Assembly: GCA_963761335.1 (NCBI GenBank)
Contig: CAVXGR010000018.1
Location: 1,088,001 to 1,152,000, forward strand
DNA length: 64,000 nt
Source of the DNA: an uncultured delta proteobacterium
GTDB lineage: Bacteria; Desulfobacterota; Binatia; HRBIN30; BPIQ01
Direction of reading: 5' to 3'
Shown: piece after piece, positions 20,523-30,000 of the stretch
Position numbering within the stretch: the first letter of the stretch is position 1
How the letters are laid out: each line of letters opens with the position of its first letter
Made by a program: the position numbers and the translations under genes
Notes under the pieces: model-generated
Database searches by the model: none
Told to the model about the DNA's origin: nothing
The model's input: only the letters and a program-made list of their open reading frames with translations

Positions 20523-21692
20523 ATGGAGGCGCACAGCTCGCTCGAGATCTTCGGCATCACCGAGGAAAGCGCCTCCCTGTGCGTGCGCCCGCACGCCGGG
20601 GATGAAAGCTCATTGGCGCGCCGCCGGGGTGCCTTGGTGCTCTGCGCCGCCGGTGAAGAGCGGGTTGTCTCGGCCTCGGCAGTGGTGCGCCTCGAAGGGC
20701 TCGAGCCGGATGCGGCCTACGTGGCTCGCCTGTGGCGCGGCGACCTGGAGCTGGCCGCATGCCGCTTTCGCACCTTGGCGGCGCCGCCGGCGCCGCAGGT
20801 GGCATCGTTCGCCACCATCGACGACCCGCATTTCGGCGAGGTGCGGCAAGGCGCGGCTTGCCGGGAGGGCGAGCCATGGCGCTTCATGAACGACGACGCG
20901 GTCGCCGCGATCAACCGACTTGCCGTCGACGCGGTGATCGTCAAGGGCGACCTGACGCACGCAGCCCGGCCGGAGCAGTTCGCCGCCGCCGCCGCTACCC
21001 TGGCGCGCTTGCGGGCGCCGCTGCACCTGATTTTCGGAAACCACGATCTGGGAAACGGCGATGCCGGCGCCGCCGGTGCGACAGCGCACTTCGCTGACCC
21101 GGCGGCGCCGGGCGCCGTCCGCGTTGGCGGCTGGCTGCTCGTCATGCTCGACACCGTCGAGCCCGGCGCTCACCGGGGCCGTCTCGACGAGGCGCAGCTG
21201 GGCTGGCTCGAGGAGGTGTTGAGCGATGCCAGCTGTCGCCGGGCGCCGACTCTGCTGCTCATGCATCACCAGCTGGTTCTCCACGGCGACTGCCGCTCGC
21301 GCCCGGACAGCATCGGCCTGCGGCGCGAGGACTCGCTGCGCCTGGTGGGCCTGCTGCGCGACCATGCCCAGGTGCGCGGCATTCTGAGCGGTCATTCGCA
21401 CCGCAACCGGGTGCAGTACCACCCGGCCCTCGATGGCGTGCCGCTGGTCGAGGTCTGTGCCACCAAGGACTATCCGGGCGCCTACGCGCACTACCGGCTG
21501 TTCGCGGATGGCAGCTTCCGCCAGGAGGTGCGGCGCATCGCCAGCCGCCGGGCCCTGCGGCACTCCGAGCACTGCCGGGGTCTGCCGCCAGCCGGTCCCG
21601 AGGCGGTGCTCGGACCGCTGTGGGCGCGCAGCTTCGCCAGCGAGCCATCGCTCGCCTGCGTCGAGCCGCCGCTGGCGCGTCGCTGCGCCTGA
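20523..21692 (+). CDS. Calcineurin-like metallophosphoesterase (CpdA-like) with N-terminal extension
   Basis: DPHF, KGDLT, GNHD, MHH and GHSH motifs. Confidence 0.85.
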   Translation: MEAHSSLEIFGITEESASLCVRPHAGDESSLARRRGALVLCAAGEERVVSASAVVRLEGLEPDAAYVARLWRGDLELAACRFRTLAAPPAPQVASFATIDDPHFGEVRQGAACREGEPWRFMNDDAVAAINRLAVDAVIVKGDLTHAARPEQFAAAAATLARLRAPLHLIFGNHDLGNGDAGAAGATAHFADPAAPGAVRVGGWLLVMLDTVEPGAHRGRLDEAQLGWLEEVLSDASCRRAPTLLLMHHQLVLHGDCRSRPDSIGLRREDSLRLVGLLRDHAQVRGILSGHSHRNRVQYHPALDGVPLVEVCATKDYPGAYAHYRLFADGSFRQEVRRIASRRALRHSEHCRGLPPAGPEAVLGPLWARSFASEPSLACVEPPLARRCA

Positions 21693-21844
21693 CGGCCGGC
21701 GATGCAGGGGACACTCACCGCAAACCCGGCAACCAGAAAACTGAGCCACTGAGAAACCGAGCCACCCTCATCGCCTCCGTCGCAAAGCGGGGGGCATTGC
21801 GGTATGTGCGGTAGACCTGCTGGAGGAATTGTGAGGCGCGTGCG

Positions 21845-22012
21845 ATGAGCTGGGGAATGGTGGGCTATGCGGCCCTGTGCGTAGTGGTGCCGGTGGTGTG
21901 GGGAGTTCTGGTGGTCTGGGCATCGAACCGCATCGAGCACAGTCTCGGCGGGCACCAGGGCTCCGACCGCCGCGGGCGGCGCCCGAAGCGGCCGATCGAA
22001 TACCACATCTGA
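21845..22012 (+). CDS. Small (55 aa) single-pass membrane protein, absent from the ORF track
   Basis: MSWGMVGYAALCVVVPVVWGVLVVWASNRIEH..PIEYHI*; upstream GAGG; stop is 6 nt before the TauE start. Confidence 0.65.
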   Translation: MSWGMVGYAALCVVVPVVWGVLVVWASNRIEHSLGGHQGSDRRGRRPKRPIEYHI

Positions 22013-22018
22013 GCCGGC

Positions 22019-22948
22019 ATGCTGTGGGCCCAGCTCGGGGTCGGCGTCGGTCACCCGGTGTTTCTGCCGGCACTGGCGCTGGTCGGTCTCTTCATCGGCT
22101 ACATCGCCGGAATGTTCGGCGTCGGCGGCGGCTTTCTGCTGACGCCGGTGCTCATCTCGATGTTCGGCGTTCCGGTGCCGATCGCCGTGGGCTCGGCGCT
22201 CTGCCAGAAGTGCGGCACCTCGATCGCCTCGTTTCTCAAGTACCGCTCCCTGAAGCGCGGCGATCCGCACATCGACGTGGTCATGCTCGGCGGCAGTCTG
22301 ATCGGCGTCGATGCCGGTACCCGCCTGCTGCACTATCTGACCACCCTGGGAAGCTGGCAGATCGGCGGCGGTCGGGCGATGCCGGCGGTGCAGGTCGTTC
22401 TCGACGCGCTCTTCATCGTCATGCTCTCGGTGATCGCCGCCTACACGTTCAACGACGCCTGGCGCGCCCGGCGGAAGAAGGTGCCGCGCGGCGACCGCAC
22501 GATTCCCGGCCCGCTGGTGACGCGGGTGCGCATCCCGCCCTACGTGGATCTGCCCGACGTCGACCTCTGGCAGGTGTCGGTGCCGATGCTGGCCTATCTC
22601 GGCTTCGTCCTCGGCGTCGCCTCCGGGCTCATGGGCATCGGCGGCGGCGTTCTCTTCCTGCCGATCCTGCTCTACGGCTTCGGCCTCTCGGCGCGCAACG
22701 CCGCCGGCACGGGGGTGCTGCTGCTGTTTGCCACCGTCGCCGTGGGCACCTTCGAGCAGGGGCTGCGCGGCGACGTCAGCCTCGAGCTGGCGCTCGCCAT
22801 TCTCCTCGGCTCGTCGATCGGCTCGCAGCTCGGCGCCCTGACCACGCACCGAATCCGCAATCGCACCTTGCGCCTGATCTTCTCCCTCCTGGTCGGGGGG
22901 ACGGTGGTGATGATCGCCTGGGACCTCTCCCGCCTCCTCCGCGCCTAG
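22019..22948 (+). CDS. TauE/SafE (TSUP) sulfite exporter family membrane protein
   Basis: Duplicated GMFGVGGGFLLTP / GLMGIGGGVLFLP repeats; multiple hydrophobic segments. Confidence 0.92.
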   Translation: MLWAQLGVGVGHPVFLPALALVGLFIGYIAGMFGVGGGFLLTPVLISMFGVPVPIAVGSALCQKCGTSIASFLKYRSLKRGDPHIDVVMLGGSLIGVDAGTRLLHYLTTLGSWQIGGGRAMPAVQVVLDALFIVMLSVIAAYTFNDAWRARRKKVPRGDRTIPGPLVTRVRIPPYVDLPDVDLWQVSVPMLAYLGFVLGVASGLMGIGGGVLFLPILLYGFGLSARNAAGTGVLLLFATVAVGTFEQGLRGDVSLELALAILLGSSIGSQLGALTTHRIRNRTLRLIFSLLVGGTVVMIAWDLSRLLRA

Positions 22949-23145
22949 CCCCACCAGAGTAGAGGAGGCGTCCCGCCTCCTCAGGGGCGGCCGGGGTCGG
23001 GGGGGATCGTCCTCGTGCTCAGACGCGACACCAGCCGGGGCTGGTTGGATGGACAATGAACCTGGGAATAGAGGTTCGTTGGTGGCGGGTAGAGGTTCTA
23101 CTCCCTTCGTTTGACCGCGGCGCGGGTCGTGGTAACCGTTGGGCG

Positions 23146-23664
23146 ATGAAAGGCGTGCTGCACGGATATTTGGCTGCTGATCATCGGCGTCTCGAGGCGC
23201 TGCTCGAGCGCGCCGAAGCGGGCGCTCCGCAGGTCGATCGCGAGGCGTACGCCGCCTTTCGCGCCGGGCTGCTGCGGCACATCTCGATGGAGGAGAAGAT
23301 TCTTCTGCCCGAGGCGCAGCGGCGCCGCGGCGGCGAGCCTCTGGCGCAGGCCGCCCAGCTGCGCCTCGAGCACGGCGCCATTGCGGCGCTGCTGGTGCCC
23401 TCGCCGTCGGCGGACGTCATTGCCACGCTGCGAGTGGTGCTGGCGGCGCACGACCCGATCGAGGAAGATGCCGAAGGCGTCTATGCCCTCTGCGAAGAGC
23501 TCGCCGGAGACGCGGTGGAGGATCTCCTGGCGCGCCTGCGCGCCGCTCCCGAGGTCCGCGTCGCCGCCCACGTCGACGGCGCCAGGGTGCTGGCCTCGGC
23601 CCGGCGCGCCCTCGAGCGCGCCGGCTTCGAGGTGGCGGCTCTGCCGCTGACGCGGCAGGAGTAG
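23146..23664 (+). CDS. Hemerythrin-like domain protein
   Basis: DHRRLE, RHISMEEKILLP, LEH, HDPIEE. Confidence 0.8.
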   Translation: MKGVLHGYLAADHRRLEALLERAEAGAPQVDREAYAAFRAGLLRHISMEEKILLPEAQRRRGGEPLAQAAQLRLEHGAIAALLVPSPSADVIATLRVVLAAHDPIEEDAEGVYALCEELAGDAVEDLLARLRAAPEVRVAAHVDGARVLASARRALERAGFEVAALPLTRQE

Positions 23665-23783
23665 AAGGCCGCCGCGAAGGGGGGACAGTGCGTCATGAGC
23701 CTTGCGGCTCGCCAGCAGACGATGAAAATGAGGCTGGGGATCTGACCCGTGAAGAGATTTGGCGGTTCTCGCCTGGGCGAAGT

Positions 23784-24052
23784 TCGCCCCGGAGGGGCGG
23801 TGGCGTGTAGCCCCGGGTGAAACCCGGGGAAAAATGCACCGTCCGTCATACGCGCCCCGCCAGGGGCGCGGGCAGATTTTCGTCGACGTCGCGCCTGTAC
23901 GCCGATTATCACCGCTGGGTGCGTGGGTAGCTCATGGACGTGATTCACGCGGCCTCTACGCCTGCGCCCCTGCGGGGCGCTGATCTGGGCCAATCGGAAC
24001 GCGGTTCCCGGGTTGACACCCGGGGCTACATGCCCGCGCCCCTCCGGGGCGA
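23784..24052. repeat. Non-autonomous REPIN/MITE-like element with long terminal inverted repeats
   Basis: TCGCCCCGGAGGGGCG..TGTAGCCCCGGGTG.AACCCGGG is inverted at 24007-24052; an inverted second copy lies at 63848-64000. Confidence 0.75.
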
Positions 24053-24343
24053 TGAGCTCCACGCCAAGCGCCGGGGCTCCGCAGACCCTTCCCTCCCGCC
24101 AAGCGCCAGTCCCCGCCAGACCTTCACCCAAGACATTTTCGAAGCAGGCACCTCTTCGGCGAGCAACGCGAAACGTCCAACCTATTTCTCGTGCCGCCGA
24201 AAAGGAGCCAGTCCCCGTTCTGCTTCTTGACAGGTGGGAACTCTGTGTGAGACTGAGGCAAGGCTATGACTAGGGGAACCTTTGGGAGAATAGGGAAGCC
24301 GTCGGCGCTGCGCGTGAATGGGGCGCGCCGCGGACGGTCACGG

Positions 24344-24574
24344 ATGAGCTCGGGGCAGCTGGCAGAGGCCGGAGTCCTTGCCGCGTGCGCTTTGGCGGTG
24401 CTTCCGTCGACGGCACACGCGTATCTGGATCCGGGAAGCGGCAGCATGGCCCTGCAGATCTTACTGGCCACGGCGCTCGGCGCGGTCTACGCGGTGCGCG
24501 CGTACTGGCGAAAGATCCGCGCGCGCTTCACGCGGCCGCGCGAGGAGGTGGAGGCCGTCGACACGAATGACTGA
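24344..24574 (+). CDS. Small membrane protein with AYLDPGSGS motif
   Basis: Signal-like AHA-YLDPGSGS, then a hydrophobic helix and a basic tail; overlaps the next gene start. Confidence 0.75.
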   Translation: MSSGQLAEAGVLAACALAVLPSTAHAYLDPGSGSMALQILLATALGAVYAVRAYWRKIRARFTRPREEVEAVDTND

Positions 24575-25949
24575 CGGGGTGGCCGCGAGCTCCTTTCGCG
24601 ACCCCAGCGGTTTCGTCTTCCGGCGCGGCGGTACCCTCTACCGCCAGATCAACCAACCGGCGGGAGACGACTACGACCATCTGATCTCCTCCGGGCTCTA
24701 CGACACGCTGGCACGTGCCGGCCTGTTGATCCCGCACGTCGAAGTTGGCCCGGCGGAGGCGTATGCCGGTGCGGCCCACCAGGTGATTCGGCCGGAGCCG
24801 ATTCCGTTCGTTTCGTATCCGTACGAGTGGTGCTTCAGTCAGCTGCGCGACGCCGCGCTCGCCACCCTGGACATTCTCCGCCGTGCCCTCGACTGCGGCA
24901 TGATCCTCAAGGATGCCAGCGCCTACAACCTGCAGCTGCGGCGCGGCCGCCTGGTTCTGATCGACACCCTCTCCTTCACCCGCTACCGCGAAGGCCAGCC
25001 GTGGGTCGCCTATCGCCAGTTCTGCCAGCACTTCCTCGCCCCCCTGGCGCTGATGAGCTACACCGACGTGCGCCTCGGGCAGCTCCTGCGCGTGTATCTC
25101 GACGGCGTTCCGTTGGACCTGGCCAGCAGCCTGTTGCCGGTGCGGACGCGGGCGCGCTTTGCGCTCCTCGCCCACATCCACCTGCACGCCCGCAGCCAGC
25201 GCCGCCTCGCCGGCAAGCGGGAAACGCAGAGCTCTGGCCGCGTCGGCCGCCAGGGGCTCCTCGGGGTCATTGACAGTCTCGAAGGCGCCGTGCGCCGCCT
25301 GCGCTGGCGGCCGCAGGGAACCGAGTGGGCAGAGTACTATTCCGAGACGCACTACTCGGAGGCCGCGCGGGCCGCGAAGGTGCGACTGGTGGAGGAGTTG
25401 CTGGAGAGCGCCGAGCCCGCCGTCGTCTGGGATCTGGGCGCCAACACCGGAGTCTTCAGCCGACTCGCCAGCCAGCGCGGCGCGCTCACCGTCTCCTTTG
25501 ATTCCGATCCGGCGGCCGTGGAGCAGAGCTATCTGCGCTGCCGCCGCGAGCGGGAAGCCGGCTTGATCCCCGTGCTCCTCGACCTGACCAACCCGAGCTC
25601 CGGCATCGGCTGGGCACACGAGGAGCGCACCGCCTGGCTCGACCGCGGTCCGGCGGACACGGTCATGGCACTGGCCCTGATCCATCACCTGGCGATCTCC
25701 AACAACCTTCCCCTGCCGGCCCTGGCGGCCTTCTTCGCGCGCCTCTGCCGCAGCCTCATCATCGAGTTCGTGCCCAAGGAAGACGAGAGAGTGCAGCAGC
25801 TACTGGCGACGCGCGAGGACGTTTTCCCCAACTACCGCGAGTCGGCCTTCGAGCAAGAGTTCAAGCGATACTTCAATATCGAGCGGCGCGCGCCCATCCC
25901 GGACAGCCGTCGAACCCTCTACCTGATGAAGCGCCGCGACGCCGCTTGA
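24567..25949 (+). CDS. NoeA-like SAM-dependent methyltransferase with kinase-like N-terminal domain
   Basis: SFRDPSG, SYPYEWCFSQL, LKDASAYN, IDTLSF; WDLGANTG SAM motif; LALIHHLAI. Confidence 0.88.
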   Translation: MTDGVAASSFRDPSGFVFRRGGTLYRQINQPAGDDYDHLISSGLYDTLARAGLLIPHVEVGPAEAYAGAAHQVIRPEPIPFVSYPYEWCFSQLRDAALATLDILRRALDCGMILKDASAYNLQLRRGRLVLIDTLSFTRYREGQPWVAYRQFCQHFLAPLALMSYTDVRLGQLLRVYLDGVPLDLASSLLPVRTRARFALLAHIHLHARSQRRLAGKRETQSSGRVGRQGLLGVIDSLEGAVRRLRWRPQGTEWAEYYSETHYSEAARAAKVRLVEELLESAEPAVVWDLGANTGVFSRLASQRGALTVSFDSDPAAVEQSYLRCRREREAGLIPVLLDLTNPSSGIGWAHEERTAWLDRGPADTVMALALIHHLAISNNLPLPALAAFFARLCRSLIIEFVPKEDERVQQLLATREDVFPNYRESAFEQEFKRYFNIERRAPIPDSRRTLYLMKRRDAA

Positions 25950-25960
25950 GGGGAGGGGCA

Positions 25961-27703
25961 GTGAGCAGGGCAGGCTCCCTGGTGAAGGGCCATGTCGGGC
26001 GCCTGCCCGAGCTGCTCGCCGTGGCGGGGTGGCTCGCGGGCAATCTGTTCGTCTTCGGCACGCACTCCACCTACGCCGGCAATCGCGATCTCTTCTCCGT
26101 CCCCTTCAGTTTCCTGCTGGAGCGCTATTATCTCCATCCTCTGGCGCTGCTGGTTCTCGGCCTGCTGGGGGTGGGGCTGCTGCTTCCAGGGCGCGGGCTC
26201 TACCGCGTCTACTTGGTGACCCTCTTCGGCGTCGGCCTGATGACCTGGGTCCAGGGAAACTTCCTGGTGTGGAACTACGGGGCATTCGACGGCACGGCCA
26301 TCGACTTCGCTTCGCACCGCCTCGCCGGGGGGCTCGAGGTGGTGCTGTGGATCTCGGTGCTCAGCCTTCTGCTCATCTATCGCGAGCGCGCCCACCGGCA
26401 CCTGGTCTTCGTCGCCGGGGGGCTCTGCCTGCTGCAGGCGGTCGCCATTCTGCCCCTGCGCAGCGGGCAGGCGGCGGCGAAGGCGGTCAAGCAGCGGCAT
26501 CCCAGCGGCATGCCGCTGGTCACCTCGCGGCCGGATTCGGTTTTCGAGTTCTCCCGCGCCGGCAACGTGATCATCTACATATCCGACGGCTTCGAGTCGG
26601 ATATCTTTCGCGAGATCGTCGACGGCCCGGACGGCTTTGCCGCCGACCTGGACGGCTTCACCTTCTTCGACGACACCTCGACCAACGCCCGGGTGACGAT
26701 CGGCGCCTATCCGGCGTTGATCAGCGGCTCCATGTACGACGGCACCGTTCCCTTTCGCACCTACGCACAGGAGACGGTGGGGCGCGACAACATCGGTCGG
26801 GCGCTCTACCGCGCCGGCTACTCGGTCGCCTTCGTTTTGGAATCGGGCAACCTGCAGTTTCAGCGCGAGCACTGTGTCAGCCCCTTCCTCTTCCTGAAGC
26901 AATTTTCCGCGGACGATCTCGCCAGTCGCCGGGTTCTCAACGCCACCCTGTTTCGGCACGTCCCTCACCTGCTCAAGCCGTACGTGTTCGACGGCACCAG
27001 CGGGGTGGCGGCGCGGCTGCTCAACGACCCGATTCATATGATGGACGTCAACGGCACCACGGCGTACGTCGATTTCATGAACCTGATGAACCTGCGCATG
27101 ACGGCGCGCGGCGGGCCGCCGACCTTCAAGCTCTTCCACCTGCTCAACGCCCATCCGCCGATCTCTCTCAACGAGCGCTGCGAGTACGAGCGCATGACCA
27201 TGCGGCGCAAGGACTGGGTGCGCACCAACGTGTGCTCGATGAAGATGTTCGCGCGCTTTCTCGCCCATCTGAAAGCGCTCGGCGTCTACGACAAGTCGAC
27301 GATCGTCTTCCTCGGCGACCACGGCGCCAAGGGCTCCGATACCGGCATTACTGCGGTGACCAAGGGTCTGAGCGTCGCCGACGCCTGGCCGGCTCTGGCG
27401 ATCAAGCCGCCCGGCAGCCACGGGCCGCTGCGCGCCTCGAGCGTGCCGGCGGAGCTCTCCGACGTCCCCGCCACCATCGCGGCGCTCACCGGCATCGGCG
27501 ACAGGTTTCCCGGCCGTTCCGTCTTTTCGCTGCGCGCCGGCGAGAAGCGCGAGCGCTACTTCTTCCTCGGCGCCTTCCGCGAGCGCTGGGACAAGACCGT
27601 CGACACGCTTCCCCACCGCGTCGACTTCGCCATCCGCGGGCCGGTCAGAGACCGATCATCCTGGTTCCCGCTGGTCGACGACACGGCGTCGACCGGGGGT
27701 TGA
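25961..27703 (+). CDS. Membrane-anchored alkaline-phosphatase/sulfatase-superfamily protein
   Basis: About five N-terminal TM helices; ISDGF, AHPP, GDHG, LSDVPATI. Confidence 0.8.
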   Translation: MSRAGSLVKGHVGRLPELLAVAGWLAGNLFVFGTHSTYAGNRDLFSVPFSFLLERYYLHPLALLVLGLLGVGLLLPGRGLYRVYLVTLFGVGLMTWVQGNFLVWNYGAFDGTAIDFASHRLAGGLEVVLWISVLSLLLIYRERAHRHLVFVAGGLCLLQAVAILPLRSGQAAAKAVKQRHPSGMPLVTSRPDSVFEFSRAGNVIIYISDGFESDIFREIVDGPDGFAADLDGFTFFDDTSTNARVTIGAYPALISGSMYDGTVPFRTYAQETVGRDNIGRALYRAGYSVAFVLESGNLQFQREHCVSPFLFLKQFSADDLASRRVLNATLFRHVPHLLKPYVFDGTSGVAARLLNDPIHMMDVNGTTAYVDFMNLMNLRMTARGGPPTFKLFHLLNAHPPISLNERCEYERMTMRRKDWVRTNVCSMKMFARFLAHLKALGVYDKSTIVFLGDHGAKGSDTGITAVTKGLSVADAWPALAIKPPGSHGPLRASSVPAELSDVPATIAALTGIGDRFPGRSVFSLRAGEKRERYFFLGAFRERWDKTVDTLPHRVDFAIRGPVRDRSSWFPLVDDTASTGG

Positions 27704-27752
27704 AACCATTTCAACCGGGGGTGGCCGCGGAGCTCGCCGCCCCGCCACCCGC

Positions 27753-28016
27753 TCAGCCGCCGGCGGCGGATTTCAGAAAGGAGACCGTGTCGCCGTCGGT
27801 GACGGGCGTGGACATGCCCTTCTTGTGGCTGATCAGCACGCCGTTGACGACCACGGCGGCGACCCGGGTGAGCTTCTCGAACGATTCGGCGTTGGCGCCG
27901 AAGCGCTCGCGGGTGAGCCGTACCACGTCGTCGACGGTGCGCGCTCCCTCCACCTCGAAGCGGCGCACGCCGAGTGCCTTGCTCATGTCGTAGGTGAGCT
28001 CGACCGCAATGCTCAT
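27753..28016 (-). CDS. MoaD/ThiS family sulfur carrier
   Basis: 87 aa, VVVNG, DGDTVSF, C-terminal GG; follows AOR. Confidence 0.9.
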   Translation of the reverse strand: MSIAVELTYDMSKALGVRRFEVEGARTVDDVVRLTRERFGANAESFEKLTRVAAVVVNGVLISHKKGMSTPVTDGDTVSFLKSAAGG

Positions 28017-28048
28017 GGGATATCCTCCCGTCCGCAAGAACCGGCTGG

Positions 28049-29932
28049 TCAGCAGCGCACCTGCAGGCGCTCCAGTGTTCGCTTGGTCGGTACGCCGTCG
28101 GCGTCCCAGCCGCGCAGGTGATAGTAGCGGGGCAGCAGCTGGCCCAGCGGGTGACCCGACTTCATGCCCTTGAACGTCGGCTCGTGCAGCATTCGCGGCG
28201 GAAGAGTGTCGTCGCGACCGGTCATCCCCTCGCGCAGGTTGTACATCCGCTCCAGGTTGAAGATCCGGCCGCCGGTCTCCTGGAGATGGCCGGAGGAGAA
28301 GGTGGTGCCGGTGATGTAGGTGAGCCATTTCTCGAACCACAGCATCGGTCGCCCCTTCAGGCCCATGACGGTGCGGAGGATCGGACCGCTGTTCTCGAAG
28401 GCGGTGGCCAGGAGCTTGTAGGTGAAGGAGTTCGGGTCGAGATTGTGCACCGCCTTCGGAATGATTCCGTAGGTGGTGAATATGCAGAGCACCATGGAGT
28501 TGATGGTGCAGGCCAGGTTCTGCTGCAGGATGGGGATGTCGGCCTTGAGCTTCAGGTTCTGCGGGTTGATGGTCAGCGGCCCGACCGACTCGAGGTACAT
28601 GCTGGCGCCCTGGACGTGACAGCCGCCGCGGTTGGTGGTTGCGTACTCGACCCCCTGGGCGAAGGAGCCGCGCGGATCGTAGGCCGAGAGCTCCAGGCCC
28701 TTGACGTGCATGGCGAACTCGTTGCCGCCGTACTTCTCCGCCAGGCGCTTCACGCCCTCGGCGAGATCGTTGCCGAGGCCGCGGCGGAAGGCGATGTCCT
28801 TGATCACCTCGCTGACCCCGGAGGCGTCGCCGAAGTGCAGGCCGGCATTCAGCATGCCGCGCTCCTGCAGCTCCATGGCGAAGCTCAGCGAGGTACCCAG
28901 GCTGATGGTGTCCATGCCCAGGTCGTCGGCCAGATAGTTCCACTCGGACACCTTCTTCAAATCGAGGATCTCGAGGTTGGGGCCGAGCAGCGCGACCGTC
29001 TCGTACTCCGGGCCCTTGACGCGGCCGACACCTTCGACGTTCACGTCGCGGCCGCAGGTGACCGGACAGTGAATACAGCTGGATTTGATGCCGACGAGCT
29101 CGTGGTCCTCCATGTACTCGCCGGAGATGTTCATGGCGTCGGGGTGATGCCCGTACTTGAAGTTGTGGGTGGGAATGATGTTGCGGGCGTTGGTGGTATT
29201 GACGATGCCGGCGGTGCCGTAGCGTTTGAGCTTCTCGCCGAGGACCGGGTGATCGCGGAACATCTCCCGCACCCACTTCGTGTATTCCTTGAACTTCTCC
29301 TCGTCGTCCATGTCGAGCTTGCGCGAGCCGTTGACCGAGATCGCCTTGAGGCGCTTCGACCCCATGACGGCGCCGACGCCGGTGCGGCCGGCGATGCGCT
29401 CGTTGGAGACGATGCCGGCGTAGCGGACCAGGTTCTCTCCCGCCGGCCCGATGACCGCGTGGTATTTCTTCTTGCCGAGGATCTGCTGCGTCTCGTACGT
29501 ACCCTTGCCCCAGAGATCCTCGGCGTCGATGAAGGCGACTGTGGAGCGGTCGCCGTCGACCTCGAGGCGCACCGGCTTCTCCGACTGGTGCTTCACCACC
29601 AGAATGTCGATGCCGGCGCGCTTCAGGCCATAGGCGAAGGAGCCGCCACAGGCGGCATTGCCGATACCGCCGGTGAGCGGGCTCTTGCAGACGACGGCAA
29701 AGCGATTCGACTGCGGTGCCACGGAGCCGTTCAGAGGTCCGGTGGCGAAGATCAGGGGGTTCTGCGGGCCGAGCGGGTCGATGCCCGCGTCGGTCATGTC
29801 GTAGAGTAGGCGGGTCCCGTATCCCTTACCGCCGATGTAGAGGCGGGCCGTCTCCTCGTCGAGAGGCTTGAAGGCGAAGGTCTGATTGCCGAGATCGACT
29901 TCGAGAATCCGACCGGCATAGCCGCTGATCAT
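28049..29932 (-). CDS. aor: Aldehyde:ferredoxin oxidoreductase (W/Mo AOR family)
   Basis: GYAGRILEVDL, KSPLTG, IGPAGENLV, GAVMGSKRLKAI, CxxCxxxC, GPEYET, DDLGMDTIS, YDPRG, RGGCH, YYHLRGWD; GGAGG RBS. Confidence 0.95.
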   Translation of the reverse strand: MISGYAGRILEVDLGNQTFAFKPLDEETARLYIGGKGYGTRLLYDMTDAGIDPLGPQNPLIFATGPLNGSVAPQSNRFAVVCKSPLTGGIGNAACGGSFAYGLKRAGIDILVVKHQSEKPVRLEVDGDRSTVAFIDAEDLWGKGTYETQQILGKKKYHAVIGPAGENLVRYAGIVSNERIAGRTGVGAVMGSKRLKAISVNGSRKLDMDDEEKFKEYTKWVREMFRDHPVLGEKLKRYGTAGIVNTTNARNIIPTHNFKYGHHPDAMNISGEYMEDHELVGIKSSCIHCPVTCGRDVNVEGVGRVKGPEYETVALLGPNLEILDLKKVSEWNYLADDLGMDTISLGTSLSFAMELQERGMLNAGLHFGDASGVSEVIKDIAFRRGLGNDLAEGVKRLAEKYGGNEFAMHVKGLELSAYDPRGSFAQGVEYATTNRGGCHVQGASMYLESVGPLTINPQNLKLKADIPILQQNLACTINSMVLCIFTTYGIIPKAVHNLDPNSFTYKLLATAFENSGPILRTVMGLKGRPMLWFEKWLTYITGTTFSSGHLQETGGRIFNLERMYNLREGMTGRDDTLPPRMLHEPTFKGMKSGHPLGQLLPRYYHLRGWDADGVPTKRTLERLQVRC

Positions 29933-30000
29933 GATGCACCTCCACGGTGTTTGTACCCGGGGTGCAGCCGCTGAACAACCGGGGGCATGTCCCGCAGGGC

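Noticed and set aside
24227..24255. Sigma70 promoter from TTGACA upstream of the NoeA-like module (also at ~45447)
   Set aside because: No convincing -10 box at the proper spacing.
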